Positions 51,766 through 64,000 of a stretch of 64,000 nucleotides of DNA are shown piece by piece. The translations under genes and the position numbers were made by a program. Origin of the DNA: Phoronis australis (taxonomy: Eukaryota > Animalia > Phoronida). Where the stretch lies: positions 186,001 through 250,000 of the forward strand of contig NMRA01000028.1 in the NCBI GenBank assembly GCA_002633005.1. Reading direction: 5' to 3'. Position 1 is the stretch's first letter, and each line of letters starts with the position of its first letter. The notes below the pieces were generated by a model that was given only the letters and a program-made list of their open reading frames with translations, was not told the origin of the DNA and ran no database searches.

Positions 51766-52539
51766 GAACTGAGCTTGTCCCACGATGATGTGTAAGTTCA
51801 AAAATTGCGTCAAGTTGCACCCTGGAGGCAGACCTTTTTCGAGAACTAGCAACTAGTCGGCTATGGCAGCGGTCACCGCGTAATTAGAATAGCTGGTAAC
51901 GGACATAGGCTGCAAAACACGCAATTTTATGTGGGACGGACCCCAATATTTTTAGAAAAACATAGTGATTTAACTGAGTGATTTCAACTAGGTTTCATTG
52001 AAAGTGGATTGTATGGAACAAAAGCGGCCAACGTCGACGTCCGCGATGTTTGATTTCCGCTTTTTATACGACGTATCAAAATGATTAATGTACCAAATTC
52101 CCTATCTGCCTACAACCACGCGTGTTGTCGACAGCGACCTGCCCAAACAATGGCGCCTCATGAGGCACGTGGCTTCACGTCTATTAATAGCAGAATGTCC
52201 ATTATTTATATATGCTTCGAACTAACGAACAATGACCAAATAGCTATTTTAATTCATATTTTATGTTAAAAGATAATAGAAAGAGAAAGTACATGTTTGT
52301 GTAGTCTGAAAGGATGGCAGTCAGCTTTTTTGGACTATTGCCCCTTAAACTGTAAACGGTTAAAACCGTTTAGTGACTCCACTGGTTTTTAATTGCCACT
52401 GCCTTGACAACATATTTCTATCTCGTTAATGAAAATGCCTTATGGTAAAAGTTTCCCAACTGATATGTAAACTGACATTTGTACATGCACTGTGTTCTAC
52501 AGCCCTACGCCACTAGCTTACAGTAACAGCATTGGACTA

Positions 52540-52925
52540 CCACACTTACGAAAATTTTCAATAGGATTTCCTATAAGATTTCCTAAAGGGTTTCTATAGG
52601 AAATTCTATAGGATTGTATAGGGAATCCATTTAGATTTTATCGCAATGTCTTATAGCATCCTGCAGGAAATCTTATCAGATCTTATAGGAATCCAACTGG
52701 ATTTCCTATTGGATCCTATAGCATTTTCTATAAGCATCCAACAAGATTTCTTAAAGGATTTCCTGTATGATGTCCTAAAGAATTTTCTATATGGAATTCT
52801 ATAGGATATTCAATTAGATTTTGGCCCAATATTTTATAGGATCCTACGAGATTTCCTGTAGGAATTCCTATAAGACCTTGTAGGAATCCAGTGGGATTTC
52901 CCACAGCATCATATAAGATTTCCAA
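52540..52925. repeat. Array of ~12-bp quasi-palindromic taggatttccta motifs (CACTA-like subterminal repeats?)
   Basis: Repeated ataggatttcctat variants, beginning after cacacttacgaaaa. Confidence 0.55.
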
Positions 52926-55900
52926 TGCATACATAATAAAAAAACAACAATGTTCTCCACAATGGTGATTTCTCAGTTCTGGTAAATTAGTGAACTTTGT
53001 CCTTACAGCAAACTTTACAGTCGAGATATTTATCTATGTTTCAAATGGGTACACTAATGGTGTTGCAAGAGACTTGTTTGTTCTTTTTTGCTCTTTAAAT
53101 CTTTCAAATCATGTTACTGTTATTTAATATTTAATTACTGTATATTATAAGTATTTTGTATTGTTCTTTGATAGTCAGTGCTTTAAGCCTATGGCTAGTG
53201 TTTTAATTGCTGTAAAGAATACTGTTCATTGAATCGCTTTTCAGTGACACCTGTTGTCCAATTGAGTAACTGTCCCATTCTAGCCACTAAGCCGTCACTT
53301 AAGATAAAAAACCTTTATTCTACACATAGTCAAAATGTTCCCTTAGATTTTTAGACGCACATTAAAGTTACAAAACCTAAAATTGAACAGCTATAGCGAA
53401 AGCTATATAGTTGACCTATTTAAGTTTTCTTAGTAAGGATATCTCAAAACTTATTCACAAAAATTGTCCATTTTTACAATATTTCACGTATGTCTAGAAA
53501 AATACATTTTCCTCATTCACGGGGAATTTCAAATACGAAATATATACTGTGCATCGAAAAAACATGATTTAGCAGAACCTTCTTGGAACAGCACAACCAC
53601 ATGGATATTTGTTCACTACTTATCCGAGGTCACAGGTTACAGGGCTGCCACTCAAATCAAATCTCCCACCAGGTACAAAGCAGCTTAATTTGTATGATAT
53701 GTACCCCCAGTCCTTTCAATCACCGAGTCGTAAATAAGAAATGCAATCCAGTGCAGGGGGTTACTGTTGATGCGATAATCATAAAAACTGATTTGCATTA
53801 ATGACCCCCACAAAAAATCGCATGGTAAAAGGACAGAAAATACTAACGTGACCCACAAGTCCTCCAAATTGGCTCAACTGAGATTTGTGACCTCTGGACA
53901 AGACCAGACACGATTTTATTAATGATCGATGGAAAACTCTCAAGGGTTTCTTTACGGGCTTCATTTCTCTTTCTTTAGTCGTTGTCATGCAGTAGGCAGG
54001 GCGGCATGAGTATTGACCCAATGATCAAAGCAAAACCCAACTTGAGAAAGCTCGTACCGCAGCCTAAAGTAACATAAACGGCGACAATGAAACATCAATC
54101 AAAAATGCTCAAAGTCGAACATAATTACACGAATTTGTCTCAGACAACATTCCAACAAGTGTTCGAGCTTTTTCATAAAATACTTCCTTAAGTGAATGTG
54201 TCTTTTTGATGTTGTGACGAATGTTGTTTAACATGGCTTAGTCATTAAGTTTAAGTAATGAAATCAACGTCATAACATTCAGTCATTCCCATTGGTTGAA
54301 ATTTGGGAAACCCCTTTCAGTGCTGTTTCCAAGTACGGCGGCCACCTTTGACTTGAATAGTGGCAATTTATTAAAGACGAGCAGCGATCGAAGTAAACAA
54401 AATCAAGGGAACCCCGATCCAATGGCTTAAGCTCAAACAGGTACAGCCCACCAAGGCAAGTGGTGGCGATATGATCGGTATACTTCCAAACAAGGCATTG
54501 ATGCCCACACACGGAATTCCATGTGTCGTTCATCATTTTCCAAAGGGCTACTTTTCAGTATAGGTGGCGCTGTGTCAGAGATAAAATCTGCGATGCCAAT
54601 GACCTTCGCTTTCCTTTGGTTCAATCACGTGACCTTGAGGTACTGCCTTTACTCTCAAGCCCACTTTTGCCCACGTAGTATTCTTAGAGTCCAGGCATGA
54701 TTTCCATACTCTGGTAATATTTACGTCCATAAAGTGCGTAATTATCAAGTTGCCTGATTCCTTTAGGAAAGCGAGCTTTGTATAAATACGCCACTGACTG
54801 CCCGAGAGCATTCAGGTTGAATTTCAATGACTCAGCGAGAGGTGTCAATCGGTTAATTAGTCAAAGAATGTCAACATCATAAGCTTTTCAAAAACAACTT
54901 CAGGTTTACTTTTAAATTCAACCAAAAGTATTAGCATGACAAAAGTAAGTCGAGCCATTTCTGGAAGAAATTAATGCTAACCCACCTAGCTCTACCAAAG
55001 CTGTCATTTCTGAAAGTGTTCAACTCATCTCGCACGGCAGTGCAGCACTTGATTTTGCAACTTTATTTATTCTAGAGAGGTTACTCTAAATCCTTTTAAT
55101 GTGCCTCGACTCTTCGCCTCTTTCTCACAAACACACAAGAGATTAGCGATTGGCTAATATTTTTCGAGAAGCCAATCGTCCCCAAAATAACCCCAAATTG
55201 CCGCTTTTTCGGCCGTAAAATCGATGGTGTGCCTTTTTCTACGGTAGGAAATCGTTCTCAAAGAGACAGTCATATGAAATATGTCACGTCCATTTTCAGC
55301 GAGCGTAGCAATGCTGTTAAACCGAAGTTAACAACTCAGCGAAGTACACACGCTTATGAAATATTGTTGGGCAGGATTGCAACAAAAATAACTTGTAGTG
55401 ATACTGGTTTACTTGTTGTGAAGTCATGTCTATTTCCCTATCTTAAATACTAAGTAGTTCGGTGTTTAAAGAAAAATAGGTTAAAGAAGGCGGAGCAGAA
55501 GGTTATACTTCAGAGACTTTAGTGTAGGACTGACATCATAATCATAGACATTAAACTATTACCTTCATGTTCAAACTGATCTAAGTGGTGATTAGTACTT
55601 ACAGAAACGTTTTTGGATGTTGTGTAACGCAATGTTGAAATGACCTGAACTACTAAAACGGCGCTCTAGCAAATGAAGTGCTATATCACATCAGTGGATA
55701 TTCGTAACAAGTTGGACCAAAAACAACGTAACCTATGATATACTCATGACTATTACTCGATGTAAAACCGTGCTGTTTCAGTAGACACCATAATTCGAGG
55801 ATTAAACTAGTAGCGCAAAACCCGAGGGACTAATTAAGGTTTTGTAGAGATATTACTGTCTAATGCAAATGTCTGAGATAGCGTTTAATGGGGACTTTGG

Positions 55901-57508
55901 GAAGATATGTTTTCCACGATAGAACTAATTAGAATGTTATGCGGTTATACACCGTGACTTTGGCAACGTGTTTTCGCCATACACACTCTGTAAAACACAC
56001 AGTCACACAGGAGATAGACAATTTCATCCATTTAAGTGTGTAAATAACAGTTGCGATTAACTATTGCGGAGGTATGATAGCATTCTTGTTTCAAAACTGC
56101 ACCTACCATTTACATTCACTCTCTCAAGTTCATTATAAAGCGATTTAAATAAAGAACAGAGAAGGCAATTGTGTTTGTATTAAGGGTAATTTTGCAGCAA
56201 CTCCACGTTTACATTTGTCCAATTTTAATGGCAAATAATTATTTCAAACAAAATCAAGTTTTGTACAAGTTTTATGCACGCAGTGCTCAATAATGAATTA
56301 TTGCGAGGCATTCAAAAAGGGCGACATTGAATGAAAGCTGAATTTCAAGTTTGATATTTACTATGATCCTTAGGCATTTTAAAAATGTTTGTAAAAGTTT
56401 TATTATCAGTTATATCCCTAATATCCTGTCCTGCCTATGATCGTCTGGTTATCCTAGATGAATTTTTAAGTTAATTCTAATTCTAGTTAGTTCTTATTAG
56501 TGTATGCGTACGTCATTCAGGAAGTGACGTTCGCGGCCCGAATTAATGCCGTCAGTTTTGTTTACATGCACTTCGCATGTGTGCATTTGGCATCAGATGC
56601 TTCATTTTGTACATCAGCTTGTAACAAGTTAGACCGTTACTTACGTTTCGCATCTATATTCAGTATGTCTTGAAGTTGTTGCATGCAAACAGGGATCATA
56701 TAACTTTTTAAGATTTCCGTTTCACCGATTTATATACACGTTTATTCGTGTTAGGAATGCAGCGTTGCCTGTTCACGCCACAGCTAAAGCGTTGCAGAAC
56801 CAGCGATCGCGGTCAAACTTGATTGTCGGATTCCGAAAGTGACATGTGCACAGGGATCACGAAGGTACTTGCTAAACATCAACCATCGGCATTTTCATTA
56901 TTGGCTCTGTCGCCACCTACAAGGAGTGTCGTTTTTAAACGTGAATTGCCGTGAGCTGCAGCCACTGTAGTGGATCGAGGCCACTAAGTTGGTGTCACGC
57001 ATGCGTGTGAGCAGTCACGAGATGGCCCAACTCCATCAACCGGCACAGCTTCGTATTTTGTTGCTGCCGACTTCAGCCATTTCCCGTCCACTGGTGATTT
57101 AACAGTGGCCAAATCCTGCTCAGGTGAGTTCCAGTTCAATCTAGTATTGCCAGAGAATACTCGTAGAAGGTGAATAATTACGGCAATTTTTGGAAAATTG
57201 TGTCAACCAACAGATGTCTACCGAATGAATCGTCGCACAAAAAATCTGGCGCAGAATGTCCAGGCCGCAAGCGTCATTTCCGGAGCGACACGAGCAAAAT
57301 TTATCAGAACCCGCGGGAATTTCATTCATTTGAAAAATTTTTGAAGGTTACCTAAAAACTGTAATCTAACCAAATGACACTAACTCAGCTGCCTTCACCT
57401 TTAAGGGTGGGTGAAAAAGAGGTCAACGATTTCCGAAATGTACAATCATCTATTAGGCATTACGGTAGTTGGGCATTGAATCATTGCCCAGTTATCCCGG
57501 TTACTTAC

Positions 57509-57615
57509 GTAGGCAGGGTTCTGATGGCGTTACACTGGCATTCCGAATGATTCAAAAACTGTATGGTTTCCACGAATTGTAGAAGAACGTTATCACTTCC
57601 CTGTTGTCTGAATGT
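57509..57615 (-). CDS. PDGF/VEGF-like (PVF) protein, exon n-2: TFRQQGSDNVLLQFVETIQFLNHSECQCNAIRTLP
   Basis: Acceptor gcttttcag, donor AC|gtaagt. 107 bp, phase 0 to 2. F-x-NH-x-x-C-x-C is the C-terminal signature of the PDGF/VEGF cystine knot. Confidence 0.85.
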
Positions 57616-59929
57616 CTGAAAAGCAAACAAGTACACATGAGAATTGACACACTGTCATCAAACATGTTAAGATAAAGCACACAATATCACTAAATAAAAC
57701 ATATTATTATTATTATTATTGTCCACTTAAGGAATGAAGACGACAAAACCATGGATGGAATGGTGTTCACTGAATGCTTCAAAGGCAAGATGTAGCAGCC
57801 TCTGTTCAACTTTGTCGGAGATCACGACTTAAGTTGCGCAAGTTTTAGAAAGTCATTGACGAAAAATAAGATATTTAAGTGAAACATATGTACATGTGCA
57901 AAGAAACGAATCGCGATCTTTAATCCAAGTTCAAGTAAAACGATGTCGCGTGTCTTTGCATTCTCTACCAATAATTGCGGCTAAACATTAATCGGTGTTC
58001 CTGGAAAAGTCTGATAGATTGTCACTCAAATGCGAATGACCCCAACTTGAACTCCTCTGGCCAGCAATGCATGGGGATTTGTGAGGGGACACCTTCACTG
58101 GGACTGAGTGAGTCAACAATAACAGACGAGAGAAAGAACCTTGTAGACATAGTCATATGTCCTATTAAGATGACTGAATTGCAGTTCGCAGAAGCGAATC
58201 CAGGATGTTGCAAGGGGGCACAACCACAGTTACTGATATTTACCCAAGGAACCCAAGCGACCGTCGAGGTCACCGACATTTCAGTTCCCGCCTCTTCTAC
58301 TGATATAGTCTCATGCCAGGGCCCTTGTTCCTCATTCATTGCCCATTCCCCCCAGTCAATTATTCGACCATGCGGCTTGTGCAACGCGGTCAGTATATCC
58401 ATATGGAGGAACCTAACACGAGTTGATCAGTTATCGCAGTACAGAGTACATAAATTCTTGAGAAAATATATTTGCCTGGGCAGAGGCGAAACATACTATA
58501 TTTGTTTATGTTCGTTGCATTCCAGGAAATATAGGTTATGTGAGACCCTTCATAATGAACATTTATCAGCCATGGTTGTGAGATCTCCCACTTTCGTCAA
58601 CATTTGTTTTGACGCTTGCCAATAGATGTGATTGGTGAAGAAATAAACTTTGTGAAAAACAAAAAATTTCAAAAATAAAGGTTCAACAAAATCAGCAACT
58701 TTATAAATACCCTTTCCGTTTTTTCGCCTGTTTCGAGCGCGGTTTCATCACTCGAGGGACGTCACTAGGGATATTTAGCAAATTACTGTCATGCATACAG
58801 CGTTTTACCGGCAGTTTATCACTGATCAAAAGTGAAGGACAATGCCGTTCAACTGTGGCGGCCATTTTGTTGGTGCACTGGCAAAAATTAAAAACAAATG
58901 CTTTGAAAATTTTATATTTAATTCTGGTTGTTTTAAAACCATTTGATTTGAAAGCAGTAACGTTTGGGAGTAAGTTTCAACTAGATTACCTTGCAGTCAA
59001 ATTCATTTGATAAAGTTATCAACTGAAGAGAAGCGGACAGAGTACCCTTTAAGGCATGCTTTAGAACTGTCTTATACGTAGGCCTACTGCGTCAACACAG
59101 ACCAAGATAAAAAACCAGGAAAACTAAGTGGTTAAAATCACCAACTTTGTAAACACCCCCACAATCTGTCAAGTCGTTTGTTACGTGCGGACGACTCTGC
59201 TTCCGTTCAGTCAGTTTACTAGATGGCAGACTGCACGAATTTTCCTATCAAACTAAAACCGTAATCCCAGACCGACCACATTGCGCTTTAAGAAATAACG
59301 TTCTATTTTCCACCGACTACTTAATAAAGCTTCATTTCGCCCTCTTTACCTGGTTAAAAACGAAATTCGAATTCGGCTTTATTAACTCGTCCACAAAAAT
59401 TTCCTTACCACGATAAAACTTGTTTCCAGTTACTAAGAAGAATATAAAATCCTCCAAGTCATGAAATAAAATGCAGAAATCGTCGATTTTACGGTGGTTG
59501 GCCAACCCTGTAATTCGAAAATGGCGGGCAGGGAATTCAGTCTCGTGACACAACAATGACCATTTTCCGTCAATACAATGTTATCATTTGAGCAATTCAA
59601 GGACTGTGACAACGAATGTCGACATGGTGCGTGTGCCTAATTTATTACATTTTATGCTTGGCGTGAGCTTAAGAGAAAACAGAAACTTTGCGAAGGGCCC
59701 CTTTTTAGATAGTAAAACAACATTACAGCTATCACTGCGGTTAAATGTATTGCATTCGTTAGCCTCTTATAGACTCATTGAATACTGAAAGTGTTACACC
59801 TAATCAGGTTCATCGGGGTTCACTTTGTAACCGAACAACGGAACGTCAGAAGACAATTTCACGAAATTACTCTGCAAATAGGTATTCTTTTCTCGATGTG
59901 TTGGCGGCTGGCAGCTGGTAGCTTGGTGG

Positions 59930-61640
59930 TGATAGGGAAACCATACGTGTTAAGTGTAGAGAAACAATCACCAAAGCCAAAATGCCAAAAAACAACTTAA
60001 ACAGGAATGAAGAGATGGCCCTACGTAGCCTATCACGGGATGAAAACATCATCATCCTACAAGCTGACAAGGGCAATACAACAGTAGTACTTGATAAGGA
60101 TGACTACAACAGGAAGATGACTGATCTGGTATCTAGTGGGCAGTACAAGGAAGTAAAACCTGAAGTGACCAAGGGCGTGGAAAGCGGGAAAATCTAATCA
60201 CTCCTGAAAACTGTAGTAAGATCATTGCCACGCGACACACTCCAAAGAATCAACCCAAACAACACAAAAGCCCTGCACATGTATGGTAAACCTAAGATAC
60301 ACAAACCTGATATGCCAATGAGACCAATTATAAGCAACATTGGTTCTCCCTGCCTCCAACTAGCTAGATTCCTCAACAACATCATATCCCCACTAGTTGG
60401 AAAAACTGACTCGAAGCATTTCGTGTCAATGTTGTCATCAGTTAGCATTACACGAAATGACACCATGGTGAGCTTTGATGTCGAAAGTCTATTTACAAGT
60501 GCACCAACATCAGAGGTTCTTGCATTACTCAGGTCAAAATTAGAACATGACCACTAGACATCAGAGGATGTAAACCTCCCAATAGGCTACATTCTGGAAT
60601 GGGTGGCATTCTGTGTCAATACCACCTACTTTCAATACCAATACATGTTCTACGAGCAGACACAAGGAATGGCAATGGGTTCACCGCTATCACCAGTCTT
60701 AGCTAACTTGTACATGGAGTGGTTCGAACAAAAAGCTCTCAGCTCAGCTAACAGGCCCCCAAACATGCGGAAACGATACGTTGATAACGCACTCACAATA
60801 TTCAGCCAAGACTCAGAAAATCTATCAGAGTTCCTTGACCATCTGAACAACATAGCGCCTACAATTACATTGACAATGGAAGAAGAGACAAATAACAGTC
60901 TCCCATTCCTAAACGCACTAGTGACTCGAGTTGAAGGAGAATTAACGTCAGTCTACTATAAGATGACCCACACAGGACGATACCTCGACTTCAACTCCAT
61001 CCACACCAAATGAGTCAAGAAGGGTATAATCAAATACCTTGCATCAAAATCAAGAAAAAATCTGCAGTAATACAGCACTCCAAGCAGAAATGACCAACCT
61101 GACGGAGACATTCGAAACAAATGGCTACCCAAGGGATTTCATCAAGTCGGCTTTAACATCGCAAAGAAAAGAGAAAGTGGCAGAAGAACGCCCACTGCAG
61201 ACTATGTGCTTACCATATGTACCCGGAACCGAGAAGCTAGGACGCATATGTAAAGAATTTAAAGTAAGAACAGTATACCACAGCTCATACACACTGGGTC
61301 GGCGACTGACGAAAGTCAAAGCAAGAACTGACATGGGGAAAAAGGAAAATGTCATCTATGAAATCCCATGTGGTGAAACATTAAGACCACTAGAGACAAG
61401 AACTGCTGAATATAAGAGGTGTTGTAGAGAGAGAGTAATACCTCATCAGGAGTAGCAAAACACATGTGGTCGAAAGAACACAATATCGAGTGGAATAACA
61501 TCCGAATACTTGTCAGTGGAACAGGTTGGAGCGAGAGAAAGATCAAGGAAGCCATGTACATGAAAGTACAAGCCAATGTCTTCAGTCAACCAAGCAAATA
61601 ACCAAGTGACACTTGGCTAAGTCTACTTAGGAAGGTTTAA
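59930..61640 (+). pseudogene. Penelope-like retroelement RT + GIY-YIG, decayed
   Basis: NLNRNEEMALRSL...ADKGNTTVVLD, YGKPKIHK...MRPIIS, SFDVESLFT, QTQGMAMGSPLSPVLANLYM, RYVDN (YVDD mutated), LPFL, NGYP, LPYVPG, NVIYEIPC..GET. Several stops and frameshifts. Confidence 0.9.
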
Positions 61641-61880
61641 GTATAATAAAATACCCTCTAAGTAAATGGATGACTCGATGGTGTAGTGGTTAAGGTGCTG
61701 GACACGAATTACCTGTACTTTCAGAAATCCTGCCTCGGTCAAAAAAATCACGCATGAGTGTACCACATATCCGTGCTCGTTCGGGAACACCTGAACCTGA
61801 GAATAGACCGACCGAAACGTCGTGACAGCGTAAACAGACAAGCGGTCGGTGTAAATAGACCAAGAACGGTTTTGGAATCA
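59930..61880 (+). mobile_element. 5'-truncated Penelope-like element in PVF-like gene intron (antisense)
   Basis: ORF remnants plus a 3' terminal region with a degenerate hammerhead-like cctgag...ccgaaacgtcg at ~61796-61822. Confidence 0.8.
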
Positions 61881-62864
61881 GGTAGTCAGCATGTGTGATG
61901 ATACCTGGGTTAGCTAGTTGACATCTGCAAAATTTCAACCAGTGGAGTCAGGTAGAAGCCAGCATTTGTGTTCCACACCAACGAGTAGATACAACTGGAC
62001 TTGTATTTGGTACAGAGTTTGAATTTGATGACCATTAGCACCAAAGATCACTAGGATTAGAAAATGTACACTAAAATTCACCGAAACATCAATTTAGGCT
62101 AAAAGGGTATATGGGCAAAATCATCTATTATAGTTATTATAGTGATTCAAATTCAGATGCCGTGGGAGAATGACGATCACTTTTAAGTACTTAATCCGAA
62201 GGTCTTGGTACGCAATGCAAATGGTATTCGTTCTCTACACATCCCGAATTGCATAACTCACACAACCTATTTTCATAGAGAATATGAGATCTAATCAATC
62301 CATATCAAAATTCACTGAAGCCTACGATTGGCAAGAAATTCCCGGTGAATTAAAAGTCAGCAACCAATGAACCCTGGTTGGTAACAACCAGTTAATAAGC
62401 GACATCTGATGAGCAGAGTCACAGCCCAAAATAACTACTAAAGGCACACGCAGCGCGCCTTCCTAAATTTTTGCAAGTCTCATCTTGTTCCTTACTTAGA
62501 TTAGATATGATTTCTGAGATCGAGAAGTACTGTCCCGTCATTACTGCTTCACACCGGACCATTGAGTTTTCTATCACAGCGGGTTAGTTTCAGGCGCCAA
62601 GGCAGTTTCTTAACAACCATCTTTAAAAATACTATTGGGCGAAAATGTTGATTGTTTTCTTAATATGAAAGAATGCACACTTTCGAAAACAAAAAATATG
62701 AGAGCAGTTGTTGTAATCACCAGATCCTCTCTCTAGAAACGGAACTTTGCACTCTCTAAATTTATCTGGAAAATCTGGGTGCATATCAACTTACCAGAGA
62801 AGCACGCTAAAGTGCCCGTATTCACGTGCGTGCGTGTATATGAAACATGCTTCAAAAGTCATAA

Positions 62865-63217
62865 AGAGGCCAGGAACGCAATAAACATACTAAATAGCAA
62901 TATTGATAGTATCTGTCCGCCACTGAAACAGGACTCACTTATATGGAAAATGCGACCTTTGACCTCAAGCGACTTTATGCAACTGACTGTGAGCGCATGC
63001 GTGCATTTATCATAAGTGGGAGGGAGATTAGAAACCTTGCGGTAATAACAGAGTTTCTCCTTCGCGCGTATTTCAAAAATCGTGAATTTTGTGATTTTTT
63101 CTGGAAATTTCCTCACAGGAGAAAGTGAATTACTCTGTACTAGACGTTGAGAGATGGTACTTTCGTCAGGAGTTGTTTTAAAGATCTTTTTGACGAGCTT
63201 TTGCGTTCCATGACTCT
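62865..63217 (-). mobile_element. ~350-bp Kolobok-type MITE
   Basis: ATAA|AGAGGCCAGGAACGC ... GCGTTCCATGACTCT|TTAA. Both ends match those of 45230-45597 in reverse. Confidence 0.65.
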
Positions 63218-64000
63218 TTAAAAACTTACAACCGCCCTGGCCTTCTTTCAAGGTGTTCGCAAAATACTATCAATAGACTACTTCTAGACTATCGTCTGGA
63301 CGATGAAGATCGTGTTTAGAGATCTAATCACAATGATAAAAACAAAAATGAGACGCAGTTCCAATTATGAACTCGTCTATCTTGTTGAACTTTTTGCGAC
63401 TGATAAATTAACTTGATAAATTGGTATTTTAAGCAACACAGCACTTTGATTGACTGTGACTGACCAATGAACAAGGGCTTAAGCATTGAGAGGAAACACT
63501 TGAAGAGGCACAATCGGCGACCGTGAAGCCTGAAGAAAATGCTCCAAGTTGGTCAGAATTACATGAATTTATTTGAGCCAGCACTTCAACAGTCATGAAA
63601 AAAATATTGAATCCATTCTCAACAAGTTTTGTTAATTATAATACTCATGACTTGGTTTAAATGTTTGAAATGGTGCTGCCAGAGAGAACGTATGAAGGAT
63701 AAGTGAGAAAGTCCACATGCTTCTGAGAATGATACGGTATTGGTTAAGAATTCTCAAAATGTTATGTATGTTAAAACATCCAATGATATGCAGTATGAAA
63801 TGACTGTAATAGAACATGTTGGGCTCAAAATGTTAAGCATTTACTATACGTATTTCAAAATGGTTTTGGTACCGCCTGGCTGAATCAGGGAGTTGGTAAC
63901 GAACAATTACTCACTGAAAAATTAAAGCAATGTTGTCAGGACATTGACGTCCAACAATGAGAAGAGAATATATCGTCTCAAAGTTTATATGTGTACAACA

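Noticed and set aside
45230-63217. Apparent 18-kb giant TTAA-flanked transposon (matching ~30-bp inverted ends) enclosing three PVF exons
   Set aside because: Each end has its own nearby partner (45597 and 62865). They are two separate ~360-bp MITEs of one family in opposite orientation, and the gene appears to continue past 63217.

Overview
AT-rich, repeat-dense genomic DNA from an animal, most likely a marine bilaterian invertebrate (inferred). It has three N-gaps and no prokaryotic features. Most ORF-track entries are noise, and the real genes are spliced. I reconstructed two minus-strand genes by hand from splice sites and phases. (A) An unidentified gene starts at ATG 39540, has at least 6 phase-compatible exons including a CxxC...CxxC exon, and continues leftwards through very large introns. 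(B) The last three exons (57615-57509, 49609-49478, 46663-46477) of a PDGF/VEGF-like cystine-knot protein have a Cys-rich extension and a highly basic tail; its 5' exons were not found in the window. The introns are filled with mobile DNA. Three Kolobok-type TTAA elements within 12 kb keep a P2X7-ballast/KolX-like 5' exon facing a THAP 5' fragment. There are two Penelope-like retroelements: a GIY-YIG one with an inverted arm, a TSD and hammerhead-like motifs, and a decayed RT+GIY-YIG copy. Nested hAT-like, Tc1/mariner-like and AT-flanked MITEs are also present. Helentron/HINE-like satellite arrays have ~140-bp monomers that mostly carry a CTCF consensus motif in the same orientation.
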